64,000 nt of DNA from Octopus vulgaris (lineage: Eukaryota). The stretch lies in NCBI GenBank assembly GCA_951406725.2, contig OX597828.1, positions 78,058,001 through 78,122,000 of the forward strand, read 5' to 3'. The notes below the pieces were generated by a model that did not search any database, was not told the DNA's origin, and saw only the letters and a program-made list of their open reading frames with translations. The position numbers were made by a program, and so were the translations under genes. Each line of letters begins with the position of its first letter. The first letter of the stretch is position 1. Below are positions 40,064 to 52,537 of the stretch, piece after piece.

Positions 40064-40899
40064 GGTACATTTTCATACCTTAACACTTTGCTCTACATCC
40101 AGTTCAGGTATGTACCTATGTATGTACATAATGCAGTTTTGTATCCGTTATCTGTCAATGTAAGCTTGTTTACCGTTGAGATTTATTTTCAGTGTTTCTT
40201 TGCAGAATTCATGCTGTCTGCTAACAATGTGACACATCTTCTCTGTTTGCGTCACAACAATTCCATTGATGTGTGAATGTGTGAGAATTAATGCGTGTAT
40301 ATATTTGAAAGTGCATGTATATGTATTGGGTGTACATATTATTACACAAATGTGTGTTTGATTACTCTTTGTGTACGTATGTATGTCTGTGTGTGTGTGT
40401 GTGTGTGTTTGTGTGTGTGTGCATAACACACATACCTGTGTGACTGTATGTGTTTATATGTTCATTCCAGAAAATGTAAATGAAGAATCTTTTGGAAGGT
40501 TTTTCAAATCTTCACTGTACCAAATCTGTTGGATTTGGAACATGCCAGTCAATATGGTTTTTCCAGGAAGACTCCAGCATTTCTAGGTTTTTGTATAAAT
40601 TTCTCGTTTACATAGTCCAGTCCTCTAAAAATAATAGTTGTGAAAGAAAATCTATTGACTTGACAAAAGATCTATAATATCCACAATAATTTGTATTTTT
40701 CTTTTTCCACAACTTCAGACAAAACAGTCACATCCATGGATGAGGCTATGATTGTATCATAGGAAGCTTGCTTTCCAACCTCAAGATTCTCTGTCCATCA
40801 CACTGTGTGACACTTTGGGCACATTTCTTCTGCTATCGTCCTGGGCTGGCCAAAGCCTTGTGAGTGAATTTAGTAGAAAGAAACTGAAAGAAGCCCATC

Positions 40900-40961
<62 letters not shown>

Positions 40962-41061
40962 CTTTGCCATTCTTTCTCAATGTATTTTAAATCCGACTAC
41001 TATCAACATTCACTTGTTGATATTAAGAGCAAAATATTACTTATGTAACGAGAAACTGTTA

Positions 41062-41157
41062 TATCACCTGATGAGATGCTTCTGCACTGTAATTCATTGC
41101 ATAGTTCTCCACCCACGAGGGAGCGATGCAGGATGTGCCGAAACAATTGTTGTGATA
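41062..41157 (+). ncRNA. Type I hammerhead motif with long stem II
   Basis: tatcac CTGATGA g...c GAAA caattg TT gtgata; 6-bp stem I, palindromic ACAATTGT stem III. Confidence 0.75.
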
Positions 41158-41205
41158 AATGAAGTATATTTTATGTTCTGTATTCATTGTTTCTGTCATA
41201 TATAC

Positions 41206-41403
41206 TTAATAGACACAATACATGTTTTTGTGCTACAAACAGTTTCATATGTTGAAGAATACCACAAACATATTCATCAGGCACAAACCATATGTCATAC
41301 TGTTCATTATGGTATGTGGTTTGTGCTTGATGGATATATTTGAAGTATTTCTCATCATATGAAACTATTAGTAACTCATAAAAATTTGTATTGTGTCTGT
41401 TAA
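41206..41403. repeat. Diverged palindrome (arms about 95 bp, short spacer) containing the 41227-41287 hammerhead and a decayed mirror copy
   Basis: Pairs ttaatagacacaataca / tgtattgtgtctgttaa, agtttcatatg / catatgaaact, gcacaaacca / tggtttgtgc. Confidence 0.75.
41227..41287 (-). ncRNA. Type I hammerhead motif
   Basis: Minus strand: tttgtgc CTGATGA atatgtt...aacatat GAAA ctgtttg TA gcacaaa; 7-bp stems I and II. Confidence 0.8.
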
Positions 41404-41468
41404 ATAATATTTATCTCTCAGCAGATAGAGTACTTTTTTGTTGATCTTACCATCATGGAGCAATTCAT

Positions 41469-41496
<28 letters not shown>

Positions 41497-41501
<5 letters not shown>

Positions 41502-41704
41502 GGCAAGAAGAAAATGGAGACAATCTAGAGATGGTATTCATCAATTGTTAGACATTATATTATTTATTTATTTTAAACAGTTCAAATATTATATGAATAC
41601 ATGTGTTATCTAAACTGTTTAAAATAAATAAACAGACATAATATAATGTGTAACAGCTGATGAATACTACCTCTGGATTCCCTCCATTTTCTTCTTGCCA
41701 TATA
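41497..41704. repeat. Inverted repeat (arms about 85-90 bp, spacer about 30 bp)
   Basis: tatatggcaagaagaaaatggag...ttttaaacagtt / aactgtttaaaa...ctccattttcttcttgccatata. Confidence 0.85.
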
Positions 41705-41931
41705 AATTAAGGGAGAAACCACTTATTACCCTCGACTAATTATTATACTCAGTAAGGTAGTTGCCAAGCAATAACCAAGACTTGTGTATTAATTGGGTAT
41801 TCTCCTAGCAGTATATTGGATAGATACTATCCCTTAGTTGGTTGGATTCACAACCTCTAACTCTCTTTGAATTATATATATAAGCACTTATCCCAGGTAA
41901 AGCTTCAGTAATGGATATATATATATATCAA

Positions 41932-42452
41932 CATCATAATCATCATCATCGTTTAGCGTCCGCCTTCCATGCTAGCATGAGTTGGACGGTTCAACTGGGG
42001 TCTGGGAAGCCAGAAGGCTGCACCAGGCCCAGTCTGATCTGGCAATGTTTCTACGGCTGGATGCCCTTCCTAATGCCAATCACTCCACAGGTGCCAGAAG
42101 AGTCTGGCAAACAGCCATGATTGGATGGTGGTTTTTACGTGCCACCGGCACAGGGCCCAGGTGAGGCTGGCAACGGCCATGAACGGATGGTGCTTTTTAC
42201 ATGCCACCGGCACGAGGCCAGTCGAGGCGGTGCTGGCAACGGCCACGTTCGGATGGTTCTCTTACATGCCACTGGCACTGATATCTCAGCTGCAATTTCC
42301 ATTGATCAATTTCGATTCTCACTTGCCTCAACAGGTCTTCACAAGTAGAGTTTTGTGTCCCAAGAAGGAAAGTATGCATAAGTGGACTGGCTACATCCCG
42401 TGTAGAGGCCACGGGTTATGGTCTCACTTTTCCTGCCGGGTCTTCTCCCGCA
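41932..42452 (-). mobile_element. RTE LINE 3' end
   Basis: (CAT)n tail and 3' UTR modules as in 53288-53720. Confidence 0.8.
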
Positions 42453-42454
42453 CA

Positions 42455-42858
42455 GCATACTTCTACGGGAGAGGTATGCAGTAATATATGTCTGGAAGAT
42501 CCTGGAAGGAATTGTGCCAAATTTTGGCATTGTAAGCTACACCAATGCAGGACCAGCTTCTGCAACAGCCTGGGTTTCAAGGGCCCACAGCTTTTTAATA
42601 TTCTCCCAAAGAGTCTGAGGAACTTGCATAAAGTAGATGTAGCGGTTTTTAAATCAAAGCTGGTCATCTTCCTGTTGAGAGTCTCAGATGAACCTGCCTC
42701 ACGGCAAGAGGTGTAAATGAGAGTAGCTATATCAAACTCCATTCTTCACCAAGTGCCACATATTAGATGAGGTTCTTCGCAATAACAGTGTAGCACAAAA
42801 CGGCAGTGCAATCAGCATGGCCGCAGCTCTGAGCTGAAACTAGAATAAAAAAAAAAAA
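42455..42858 (+). mobile_element. CR1-clade LINE 3' end
   Basis: RERYAVIYVWKILEGIVPNFGI...GPQLFNILPKSLRNL...FKSKL..FL..V.DEP; tail ggc.gtgc...cagcatggccgcagctctgagctgaaac then A-rich. Confidence 0.75.
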
Positions 42859-43043
42859 GATAAAGAGTATATGTATATATATATGTACATATTCTACGTC
42901 GAGTGAAAAACGGGATGGATGCTTTGTTTTTGTTTTGGTGCCTCGCTCTGTTGTACATGACTATGAGGATTTGCATCCCCAACGTAAATCGTCTTTTTCC
43001 CAAACTTATAATGTAATACATGTCCTTGAAGTAGTAATTGTGT

Positions 43044-43131
43044 GCGGCTGAAGAAGGCTATTGACATACATGTTATATCAATTATGCATTGATATAAGCC
43101 GTCTAATAAAAGCCAGAAACATATGTACCGC
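43044..43131 (+). ncRNA. Type I hammerhead motif in a TA-flanked cassette (about 42880-43240)
   Basis: gcgg CTGAAGA a-ggct...agcc-a GAAA catatg TA ccgc; palindromic ACATATGT stem III; extra hairpin ttatatcaat / attgatataa inside stem II. Confidence 0.75.
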
Positions 43132-43478
43132 TAAATCCTTTGCATCATGTTTTTCTTTTGATAAATATACTCTATCACCTACACCACTAACTGGCATATA
43201 CAGGTGCTTACGATTATCAAGTATTCACCCTGAATTTTTTGTATATATATATATATATATATTTAAATAATGAGGGAGATAAATTAATATTAATTTTAAT
43301 ATCAATTTAAAACCAGTAGTCTAGCATACAAAAAATCTGAGAAATCAGAGAAAATTCTAATATATGTGTATATTGGCAGGGCAAGGCTGCTAGGTAGTCG
43401 GCTGTATGCTAGAAATAGATCATCAACGATCAAACTACAAAGAAAGTTCTCTAGAGGAAAAATTCAGCGAACACCAAT

Positions 43479-44908
43479 GTTGCCCCTGGGAGCTCCTCTA
43501 TGCTGATGACCTGGCTCTCATAGCAGAATCACTACCGGAACTAGAGAAGAAATTTTGGGTGTGGAAGCAAGGTTTAGAATCAAAGGGCCTTAGAGTAAAT
43601 GTAGCAAAGACCCAAGTTATAGTAAGCAGAAAGGCGAACTCATCACACACCCCCTCGGGCAGGTGGCCTTGCTCGATCTGTAGAAAGGGTGTAGGTAGAA
43701 ACTCCATAAGATGTACCCAGTGTAAGCTATGGATGCATAAGAGGTGCAGCAATATCAAAGTAAAATTAACTGATAAGATAGCTTTCGTGTGTGGCAGATG
43801 CACAGGGGCAACAGACACCACAGATACTCAGAAAACAGATTCCATCACATTCCAGGGGGAGAAACTAGAAGTAGTTCATAGTTTCCGCTACCTAGGTGAC
43901 CAAGTTAGTAGTGGAGGTGGATGCTCAGAGAGTGTCACCACTAGAATAAGAATAGCCTGTGCAAAGTTTAGAAAGCTCCTACCTCTATTGGTGACAAAGG
44001 GTCTCTCGCTCAGAGTGAAAGGTAGATTGTATGATGCATGTGTGCGAACCACCGTGCTTCACGATAGTGAAACATGGGCTGTGACTGCAGAGGACATGCG
44101 TAGACTTGAAAGAAATGAAGCTGGCATGATCCGCTGGATGTGTAATGTCAGTGTGCACACACGAGAGAGGGTAAGCACCCTGAGAGAAATGCTGGACATA
44201 AGAACCATCAGATGTGGTGTGCAAGAGAGATGCTTGCGATGGTATGGTCATGTACTGCGGATGGATGAGGAGAGATGTGTGAAAAAGTGCCACTCCCAAA
44301 CAGTTGAAGGTATCAGAGGGCGAGTTAGACCCAGGAAGACATGGGATGAGGTAGACAAGCATGACCTCCGAGTGTTGGACCTCACAGAGGCTACGACGAA
44401 AGACTTAGACCTCTGGAGCTATGCTGTGACTTTGAAGACCCGACAAATGAAGTGAGTCCATGGCTTGCAGGACGGCCTGCTGTGCTTACCTTGGATCGTA
44501 GAGTGACCCGCTGTTCTTGAGGAGACCTGTTGAGTCAAAAACGTCAACATCAAAATAAAAATTCAAATGGAAATTGTAGTTGTGACACCTGTGCCGGTGA
44601 CACGTAAAAAGCACCGTCCAAATGTGGCAGATGTCAGCGCCGCCTGACTGGCGTCCGTGTCAGTGACACGTAAAAGCACCAACCGATCGTGGTCGTTTAC
44701 CAGCCTGCTCTGGCCCCTGTGCCGGTGGCATGTAAAAAACACCCACTACACTCACAAAGTAGTTCGCCTTAGGAAGGGCATCCAGCTGTAGAAACACTGC
44801 CAAATCAGACTGGAGCCTGGTGCAGCCTTCATGGCTTACCAGACCCTGGTTGAATTGTCCAACCCATGCTAGCATGGAAAACGGACGTTAAATGATGATG
44901 ACGATGAT
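43479..44908 (+). mobile_element. 5'-truncated RTE LINE
   Basis: ORF 43406-44455: LLYADDL, PHD-like CxxC..CxxC..HxxC..CxxC, FRYLG, LRWYGHVLRM, RPRKTW; (GAT)n tail. Confidence 0.9.
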
Positions 44909-45098
44909 ATATACACACACACACATACATTATATAAATATATATAAATAAAAGTTCATGCTTACATTGGACTTCGTGTGTGCATGTATATATACATGTC
45001 TGATGCACACACATGCACAAATGTATATTACATGTTTATATATTTGTGTGTGAGATGTGTACTGATATACACACACACACACACATGTATATAATGTT

Positions 45099-45131
<33 letters not shown>

Positions 45132-45545
45132 TTGTGTGTGTAGGCACATAGATAATACTATAATACTGAGAAACATTGGTAAGACGTCAGGAGGAAATTG
45201 CCCCTGCCTCACCTCTTGGCAGTCAAAGAAATACACACACACACACACGGCTCATGTGTGAGCATTAGCTTTGGTGTGAATACGTGTCTGCATTGTATGA
45301 ATTTGTGTATGTATTTGACTGTGCATGTGTGTGAGTGTCTGTCTGTCCATTTCTTGACTGCTGTGATAGATGCCAACATCATTGTATCCAAAGATGCTGA
45401 CTCAGCAAATATAATTGATTCAAGCAATTTGGGATAGAGAGAGTTATAGACTACAACAAAATGACACGATATCCACACACACACACAAAGACCAAACTGA
45501 GCAGTTTCAATTGCGGTTTTCTATTTTTGAGGATATAACACCTCA

Positions 45546-45745
45546 GTTTTGTAGTAACCACACTCATCTCGTAGCAGCTACATTTATTTTGTGAGAGCCA
45601 CACTCTGTTTTGTAGGGTTGTACTCCGTCTTGTGCTAGCTGCATTCTATTTTGCAGCAGCCACACTGTTTTGTGGTAGCCTGACCATCTTTTGTTGAAGT
45701 CACACCATATTTTAGGTTAGTCACACTACATTTTGTTGTAACCAA
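45546..45745. repeat. Degenerate ~21-bp minisatellite (TTTTGTAGCAGCCACACTC-like, about 10 units)
   Basis: Periodic ttttgt...cacact motifs. Confidence 0.55.
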
Positions 45746-47286
45746 GTACAATAAATATTTGAGAAGAGAAAGTCCTATTTTATCTATTATACTCCTCCAA
45801 TCCTTTTCTCTTTTGTGAATTAGGGTGAGGCTTAGTTTGCTTTCAGTTATATTTCTTCCACTATCCGTCACTATGTTGGCCATGTGCTTAATCCAGAAAG
45901 TAAGCTAGTCATAGAAAATAATATTTACTCTACTTCTTTGTTACAGATATATATCCAAGGGATGTAGCTGAATGAATCACTGGTAATTACTGGTACTTAA
46001 TGATCTCCCCTGTCCCAATACACACAAGATGAAAGGTCAAAATTGGGTTACACAGAATTGGTGAAATGAAAGATGTTATAGGAAATTTGACTAAATCTCT
46101 ATTAGCGGTTGTTTCAGTCCCAGAATTTTCCTGCTATAACTGCTACAATTTTCCTGTGCTGACGTGGCTGTATGATAAGAAATATGGCTTCCTAAACACA
46201 TGATTCTGGGTTCAATCCAATGGCATGGCACCTTGGGCAAGTGTCTGCTGCTTTAGCCCTGAGCTAACCAAAATCTCGTTAGTGGATTTGTTGGGTGGAA
46301 ACTGAAAGAAGTCCATTGTATGTATGTGTGTGTGTCTCTTCTAGTTTTTAATTGTTATAAATCTTCTACTGAGGGGGAAGCTGGTTTCCAACAAAAAGTA
46401 CAAGGCTCCATTTTTGTGATGCAGTTAACACAGACAAATATGTATGAGGGACGTGTGAAATAAAGTGTTTTGCTCAAGAACGAGAATACAACACACAGCC
46501 CGGTCTAGGAACCGAACTCACTACCTCATCATTGTGAGCCCGACATGCACCTTCTCTGCTTCCATGACCCTACCAGGAATAGTGGGCAGAGAAGATGGAG
46601 GGATAACGGATGGAAGATAAAATTACTCACCACAATTAAAATTGGATTAATAATCATTATTTGTCTTAAATCATTGAGCCATTTAATGATTTTTTATTAG
46701 AAATGACCAGATTCTTGAAATCTTTCCACTTTTTTTCCATTATTGGTTCCAGTTTATTCTTGACACAGTTAACAAATCTAATTTTAATCTCTTTTCTTGC
46801 ATCTCAACTATTTTTGTCTACATTTTTCACATTTCTCAACTTCTGCAAGGTTTTTCGTTTTTTTTTTTCCCAAACAGGAATGTCTGTCTGTTTGTCTTTC
46901 AGTTTTAGTATCCCTTTTTTTATACCAAAGTTTACTTTCTTATCAGTGGTCACTCATTATTTCTCCCTATCTGTAATTAGAAGACCAGATTCCAATTATC
47001 TTATCAACTGTACTGATCCTCCCACTAGTCACACATGCGAAGGGTATGAGAGTAATAGTAATAGTGGTGGCACTAGTAATGTTTGTGAATGTGATAGTAG
47101 TGATGTTTATAATGATAATAATGATGATGATGTGATAATGGAGTTAATTGATGGCAGGGAATATTGGTGTTTGTGATGGTGATGTTGATGGGAACTCTAG
47201 TGGTAGTGATGATATTGGAAGTAATGGTGATATTTTTGATGCTAGTGATGCCCAGTTATATAAATATATATACAACCTGTTTCCAC

Positions 47287-47316
<30 letters not shown>

Positions 47317-47319
<3 letters not shown>

Positions 47320-47585
47320 TCTTTTACTCTTTTACTTGTTTCAGTCATCTGACTGCGGCCATACTGGAGCACCGCCTTTAGTCGAGCAAATTGACCTCAG
47401 GACTTATTCTTTGTAAGCCTAATACTTATTCTATCAGTCTCTTTTGCCGAACTGCTAAGTTACAGGGGCGTAAACACACCACCATCAGACGTCAAGCGAT
47501 GTTGGGGGGGACAAACACAGACACACAAACACACACATATATATACATACATACAATGGGCTTCTTTCAGCCACTCCTGCACCTT
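47317..47585 (-). mobile_element. SINE-A with internal deletion (other SINE-A heads at 15590, 25562, 40740, 46163, 51790)
   Basis: Homology to intact copies. Confidence 0.7.
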
Positions 47586-47629
47586 TAATATATATATATA
47601 TATCTATATATATAATGTCCAGACTGCCA

Positions 47630-50463
47630 CCTTATAACTTATCAGTCAGGGGACTCCGCTAGCTAAATAGACTTCATCCTCACCAGACAGCGGGATGCAG
47701 GGTTGCTCTTAAATACAAAGACCCTCCTGGGTGAAGAATGTACCCCCCAGCATAGGCTAATCATTAGTGACTTTAACCTCGAGGCCAGAAGGATACCAAG
47801 AAGCAGACCAATCCAGAAAAGAAGGATTTGAAAGTTAAAGAACCTTTCACATGGTCAGAGATTTAGGGACAAGAAATTTGATGAGAGGGAGGAGGAGCTA
47901 CAGACGTTGGACATAGAAGGTAGCTGGAAATACCTATGGGACAGCTTGCTGAGTGCCACAGACCAAGTCTGTGGCTGGTGCAAAGTCCCTTCCAGACCTA
48001 GAGTTACATGGTGGTGGACTAGTACAGTAGACAAAGCCATTAGAGCAAAGAAACAGGCCTGGAAAGCCTGGAGGGATGGGGGTAGCAGGGAACTGTACCA
48101 AGTAGCCAAAAGGGAGGCTCAGCGGCAGGTATACATAGCCAAGGGGGAAGCAGAAAAGAAGAAGTTTGCCAATGTCCAGCGATGTGAGGACCAAAGAACT
48201 GAGGTATTTCGGATTGCAAGACTGTGTGTGAGAGAAAATAGTGATGTCACAGGAGAGAAATGTGTCCGTATGGATGATGGGGCACTTGCTTTCAATGTTT
48301 CTGAAAAGAAAAAGTCTTGAAGAACCCATTATGAGAGACTGCTGAATGGGAGGAGGGGAGCCTGCCAAATGTTGATCCAGTACAGGGACCAGCTATCCAA
48401 ATAGACAGCTCCCTAGTAGTTAAGGCAATTAAGGGTATGAAACCAGGAAAAGCCCCCGGCCCATCAGGAATCACCGCTGAGATGTTTAAAACATCTGGTT
48501 GTGTGGGCTATGGCCTTGTCACCTGCATTGTAAACCAGGTAGTTCATCCATTCCAATGACTGGCGTAGCAGCACCATAGTCAACTGCTACAAGGTAAAGG
48601 TGATGCTCTAGATAGAAATAACTACAGGGGTATTAAACTGTTGGATCAGGTGATGAAGGTCACAGAGAGGGTCATAGCCCAACTGATTAGGGAGAGAGTC
48701 AACTTGGATGAAATGCAGTTTGGTTTTATGCCAGGGAAAAGCACCACTGATGCCATATTCCTAGTTCCACAACTGCAGGAGAAATACCTAGCTAAAGATA
48801 AACCCCTCTACATAGCTTCTGTGGACTTGGAGAAAGCCTTTGACAGGGTCTCCTGATCCCTTATCTGGTGGGCGATGCGGAAACTGGAGATTGATGAATG
48901 GTTAATAAGGGCTGTACAGGCCCTCTACAGAAAGACTGTCAGTAAGGTTAGGATTGGCAATGAGTATAGTGAAGAATTTCAGGTAGAAGTAGGGGTCTAC
49001 CAAGGTTCAGCCCTCAGTCCCCTTTTATTCATCATAGTCCTCCAGGCAATAACAGAGGAATTCAAAACAAGTTGCCCCTGGGAGCTCCTCTATGCTGATG
49101 ACCTAGCCTTCGTCGCAGAATCGCTACCGGAACTAGAGAAGAAATTTTGGGTGTGGAAGCTAGGTTTAGAATCAAAAGGCCTTAGAGTCAATGTAGCAAA
49201 GACCAAAGTTATAGTAAGCAGAAAGGCGAACTCATCACACACCCCCTCGGGCAGGTGGCCTTGCTCGATCTGTAGGAAAGGTGTAGGTAGAAACTCCATA
49301 AGGTGTACCCAGTGTAATCTATGGATGCATAAGAGGTGCAGCAACATCAAAGGAAAGTTAACTGATAAGATAGCTTTCGTGTGCGGCAGATGCACAGGAG
49401 CAATAGACACCACAGATACTCAGAAAACAGATTCCATTACACTCTTTGGGGAGAAACTAGAAGTAGTTCATAGTTTCCACTACCTAGGTGACCAAGTTAG
49501 TAGTGGAGGTGGATGCTCAGAGAGTGTCACCACTAGAATAAGAATAATCTGTGCAAAGTTTAGAAAGCTCCTACCTCTATTGGTGACAAAGGCTCTCTCG
49601 CTCAGAGTGAAAGGTAGATTGTATGATGCATGTGTGCGAACCACCATGCTTCACGGTACTGAAACATGGACTGTGACTGCAGAGGACATGCGTAGACTTG
49701 AAAGAAATGAAGCTGGCATGATCCGCTGGATGTGTAGTGTCAATGTGCACACACGACAGTGTAAGTGCCCTGAGAGAAATGCTGGACATAAGAACCATCA
49801 GATGTGGTGTGCAAGAGAGACGCTTGCGATGGTATGGTCCTGTACTGCAGATGGATGAGGAGAGATGTGTGAAAAAGTGCCACTCCCAAACAGTTGAAGG
49901 TATCAGGGGGCGAGTTAGACTCAGGAAGACATGGGATGAGGTAGACAAGCATGACCTCCGAGCGTTGGGCCTCACAGAGGCAATGACGAAGGACTGAGAT
50001 CTCTGGAGATATGCTGTGACTGCAAAGACCCGGGCTGCTTCCTGCTCCAGTTTCGCATAGCCCCAGCCCATTCAAAGTACCTTGGATTGCAGAACGGCCT
50101 TCTGTGCTTACCTTGGATCGTAGAGTGACCTGCTGTGCTTGAGGAGACCTATTGAGTCAAGTACATCAATATCAAAATAAATATCAAATGGAAATAGTAG
50201 TTGTGATACCTGTGCCAGTGGCACGTAAAAAGCACCATCCGAAAGTGGCTGTTGCCAGCCCCGCCTTGACTGGCTTCTTTGCCGGTGGCCCGTAAAAAGC
50301 ATCCACTACACTCACGGAGTGGTTGGTGTTAGGAAGGGCATCCAGCTATAGAAACACTGCCAGATCAGACTGGAACCTGGTGCAGCCTTCTGGCTTCCCA
50401 GACCCCTGTCAAACCATCCAACCCGTGCTAGCGCGGAAAACGGACATTAAACGATGATGATGA
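47630..50463 (+). mobile_element. Long RTE LINE pseudogene (end of APE domain, tether, RT, 3' UTR)
   Basis: Fragments ITYQSG..IDFIL, WWWT..VDKAI, NYRGIKLLDQVMK, QFGF.PGKSTTDAIF, DLEKAFDRV, YADD; several stops and frameshifts. Confidence 0.92.
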
Positions 50464-50839
50464 ATATCTCTTTCTTCATTTGTTGCTGTTGTGTTTATCC
50501 AAGAATCTCTCTTTAAATTCTGTTTCTTTTTGCTTTTTTTTTTGTCATGTTGTTCTTTGAGGTGTGTCCACCCTAAACATTTACTCCACAGTTGACATGG
50601 TGCCCAGTTTTTAATACCAAAATACAAACATGACAGTCACACAACAAACATCACCCTGCATCATTACTTTCCTTCATTATATTTTTCTTTAGTTTTGTTT
50701 CAAACTTTAGCATTGTTGTTAATTAACTTTTGTCTTTGTGCGTGTGTGGAAGTGTATGTGATGGCGGTTGGTACCACACTGAAGAAATATGAAGCTGGAA
50801 CAGCAACAAACATTAAGAAAATAAGCGAGCTTTCAACTT

Positions 50840-51300
50840 GGCACTTGGTGAGGGCAAGTCCACCCTATTCAATGATATGGTTTATTTGACTGATGGTTCT
50901 TTTAAGGTACTTGGGCTCTGATTTAAGCCAAACCTCCAGGTAGATAGAATTAAAGTTAAACTAGAAATCAGTCGAGAGGAATCTTTTCTTGAAAGATTGG
51001 TCAGAAGTGGCTAATGTATACATTAGTTCTGTTCTGCATTACCACATGACTGTAGTGCTTTTGCCCGAGTTTTCATGCATTCTTTCCACAAGCAATGAAC
51101 AAAATGTACTCTTTCACATCTTGTCAATCTGCTGCCAGTTTTCTCAGGTTTGTTATGCCGTGGCTAATGATTCAAAAAATGTGCTGAGGCTGTTGCATTG
51201 ACAGAGATTCTTGGATGGTGACTAAGTCATGTTTGTTCAGCTTGTTTCTTTTAATGGAGCAGCAGTCCTGGGTTGGATGAAAACCAAGATTAAACACTTG
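50840..51300 (+). pseudogene. Highly decayed L1/Tx1-like ORF2 fragment (post-RT region)
   Basis: DGSFKVLGL.F.PNLQ ... LKD.SEVANVYISSVLHYHMTVV ... SICCQ ... LRLLH..RFLDG resembles Tx1-type K.LG..F / LSL.GR...N...S..Y motifs. Confidence 0.4.
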
Positions 51301-52503
51301 CCACCTGGGATGTTATCAGGTGCTTGTAGATCTTGTACCAGTCAGGCAATGTTATTAGTGGTACATCAACTTTTGCATTTAACAAATGAATAGTGGTGGG
51401 CATCTTGGGGTAGCTAGATGTTGAAGTTAAAGTCTTATTCTGGAGAACTTTTTGCCAGGAGGTTATGGACAACTTCCACTGTTCTTGGGGAGAGGGAGTA
51501 GGGTCTTCGCTTTCGGATAAACTCTACAGGTACAGAAGTGCCATCAAAGTGACCCTGTCTAAGTTCATCCTCCCCATTTTTCCATGCTTGCATGAGCCGA
51601 ATGAAATTTGAGGCAAATTTTCTACAGACACATGTCCTTCCTTTTTCCAGGCAAGGTAATATTCCCCACGACCAGACATGTTTTCACAGGAGATAGAAAA
51701 TAGACACTGCTTGTATGACGGAGACACTTGTTTACAACTGTGGCATGAAACCTAAGGCAAAGAGACTTTAACAAACACACACACACATGCACTTCTTTCA
51801 GTTTCTACCAAATCCATTCACAAGGCTTTGATTGACCAGGAGTTATAATAAAAGGCATTTACCCAAGGTGCCAAATGTCCCCTTAATTTCATTCTTGTGA
51901 ATTGAAAAAACAGTTACAGCTTCTTTATGCTCTGGGTTTAAATCCTATTGAATCAATTTTGCCTTTTTTCATCCTTTCAGGGTCAATAAAATAAAGGACC
52001 AGTTAAGCACTGGGGTTGATTTCATTGATTACTTCTTTCAGAATCCTGGTTTTGTGATATTATCATTACCATGGTGATGAGCTGGCAGAATTATGAGCAT
52101 AGAGGCCAAATGCTTAGCAATGCCTGTCTTCATAGTCCGAGTTCAGATTCTGCCGAGGTCAACTTTGAAATAATATCCACCACCACCACTGCTATTATTG
52201 CCATCATCATCATCACCATCACCACAACAACTACCACCACAGTAACAACAACAAATGCCAACAGCTAGCATAACAGCTAAGGTGTATCATTCATAATACA
52301 ATGATATATATTCTGTCAAGTGGTACTTGACAGAAGTCTGTACTTGTACTCAATATCAGTAGTAGTGGTAGTAGTAGTAGTGGTGGTGGTGGTGGCGGTG
52401 GCGGCAGCAGCAGTGGGGGGGGGGCAAACATCTCTGTCTTTTAAGCTGCCTGTATGTCTGTGCATCTACTTACAGAAGCTAAGCTAAAGGAAATAAGTTT
52501 GTG

Positions 52504-52521
<18 letters not shown>

Positions 52522-52537
<16 letters not shown>

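Noticed and set aside
41652-41725. CTGATGA ... GAAA on + at the right arm of the inverted repeat
   Set aside because: No stem I or adjacent stem II pairing could be formed
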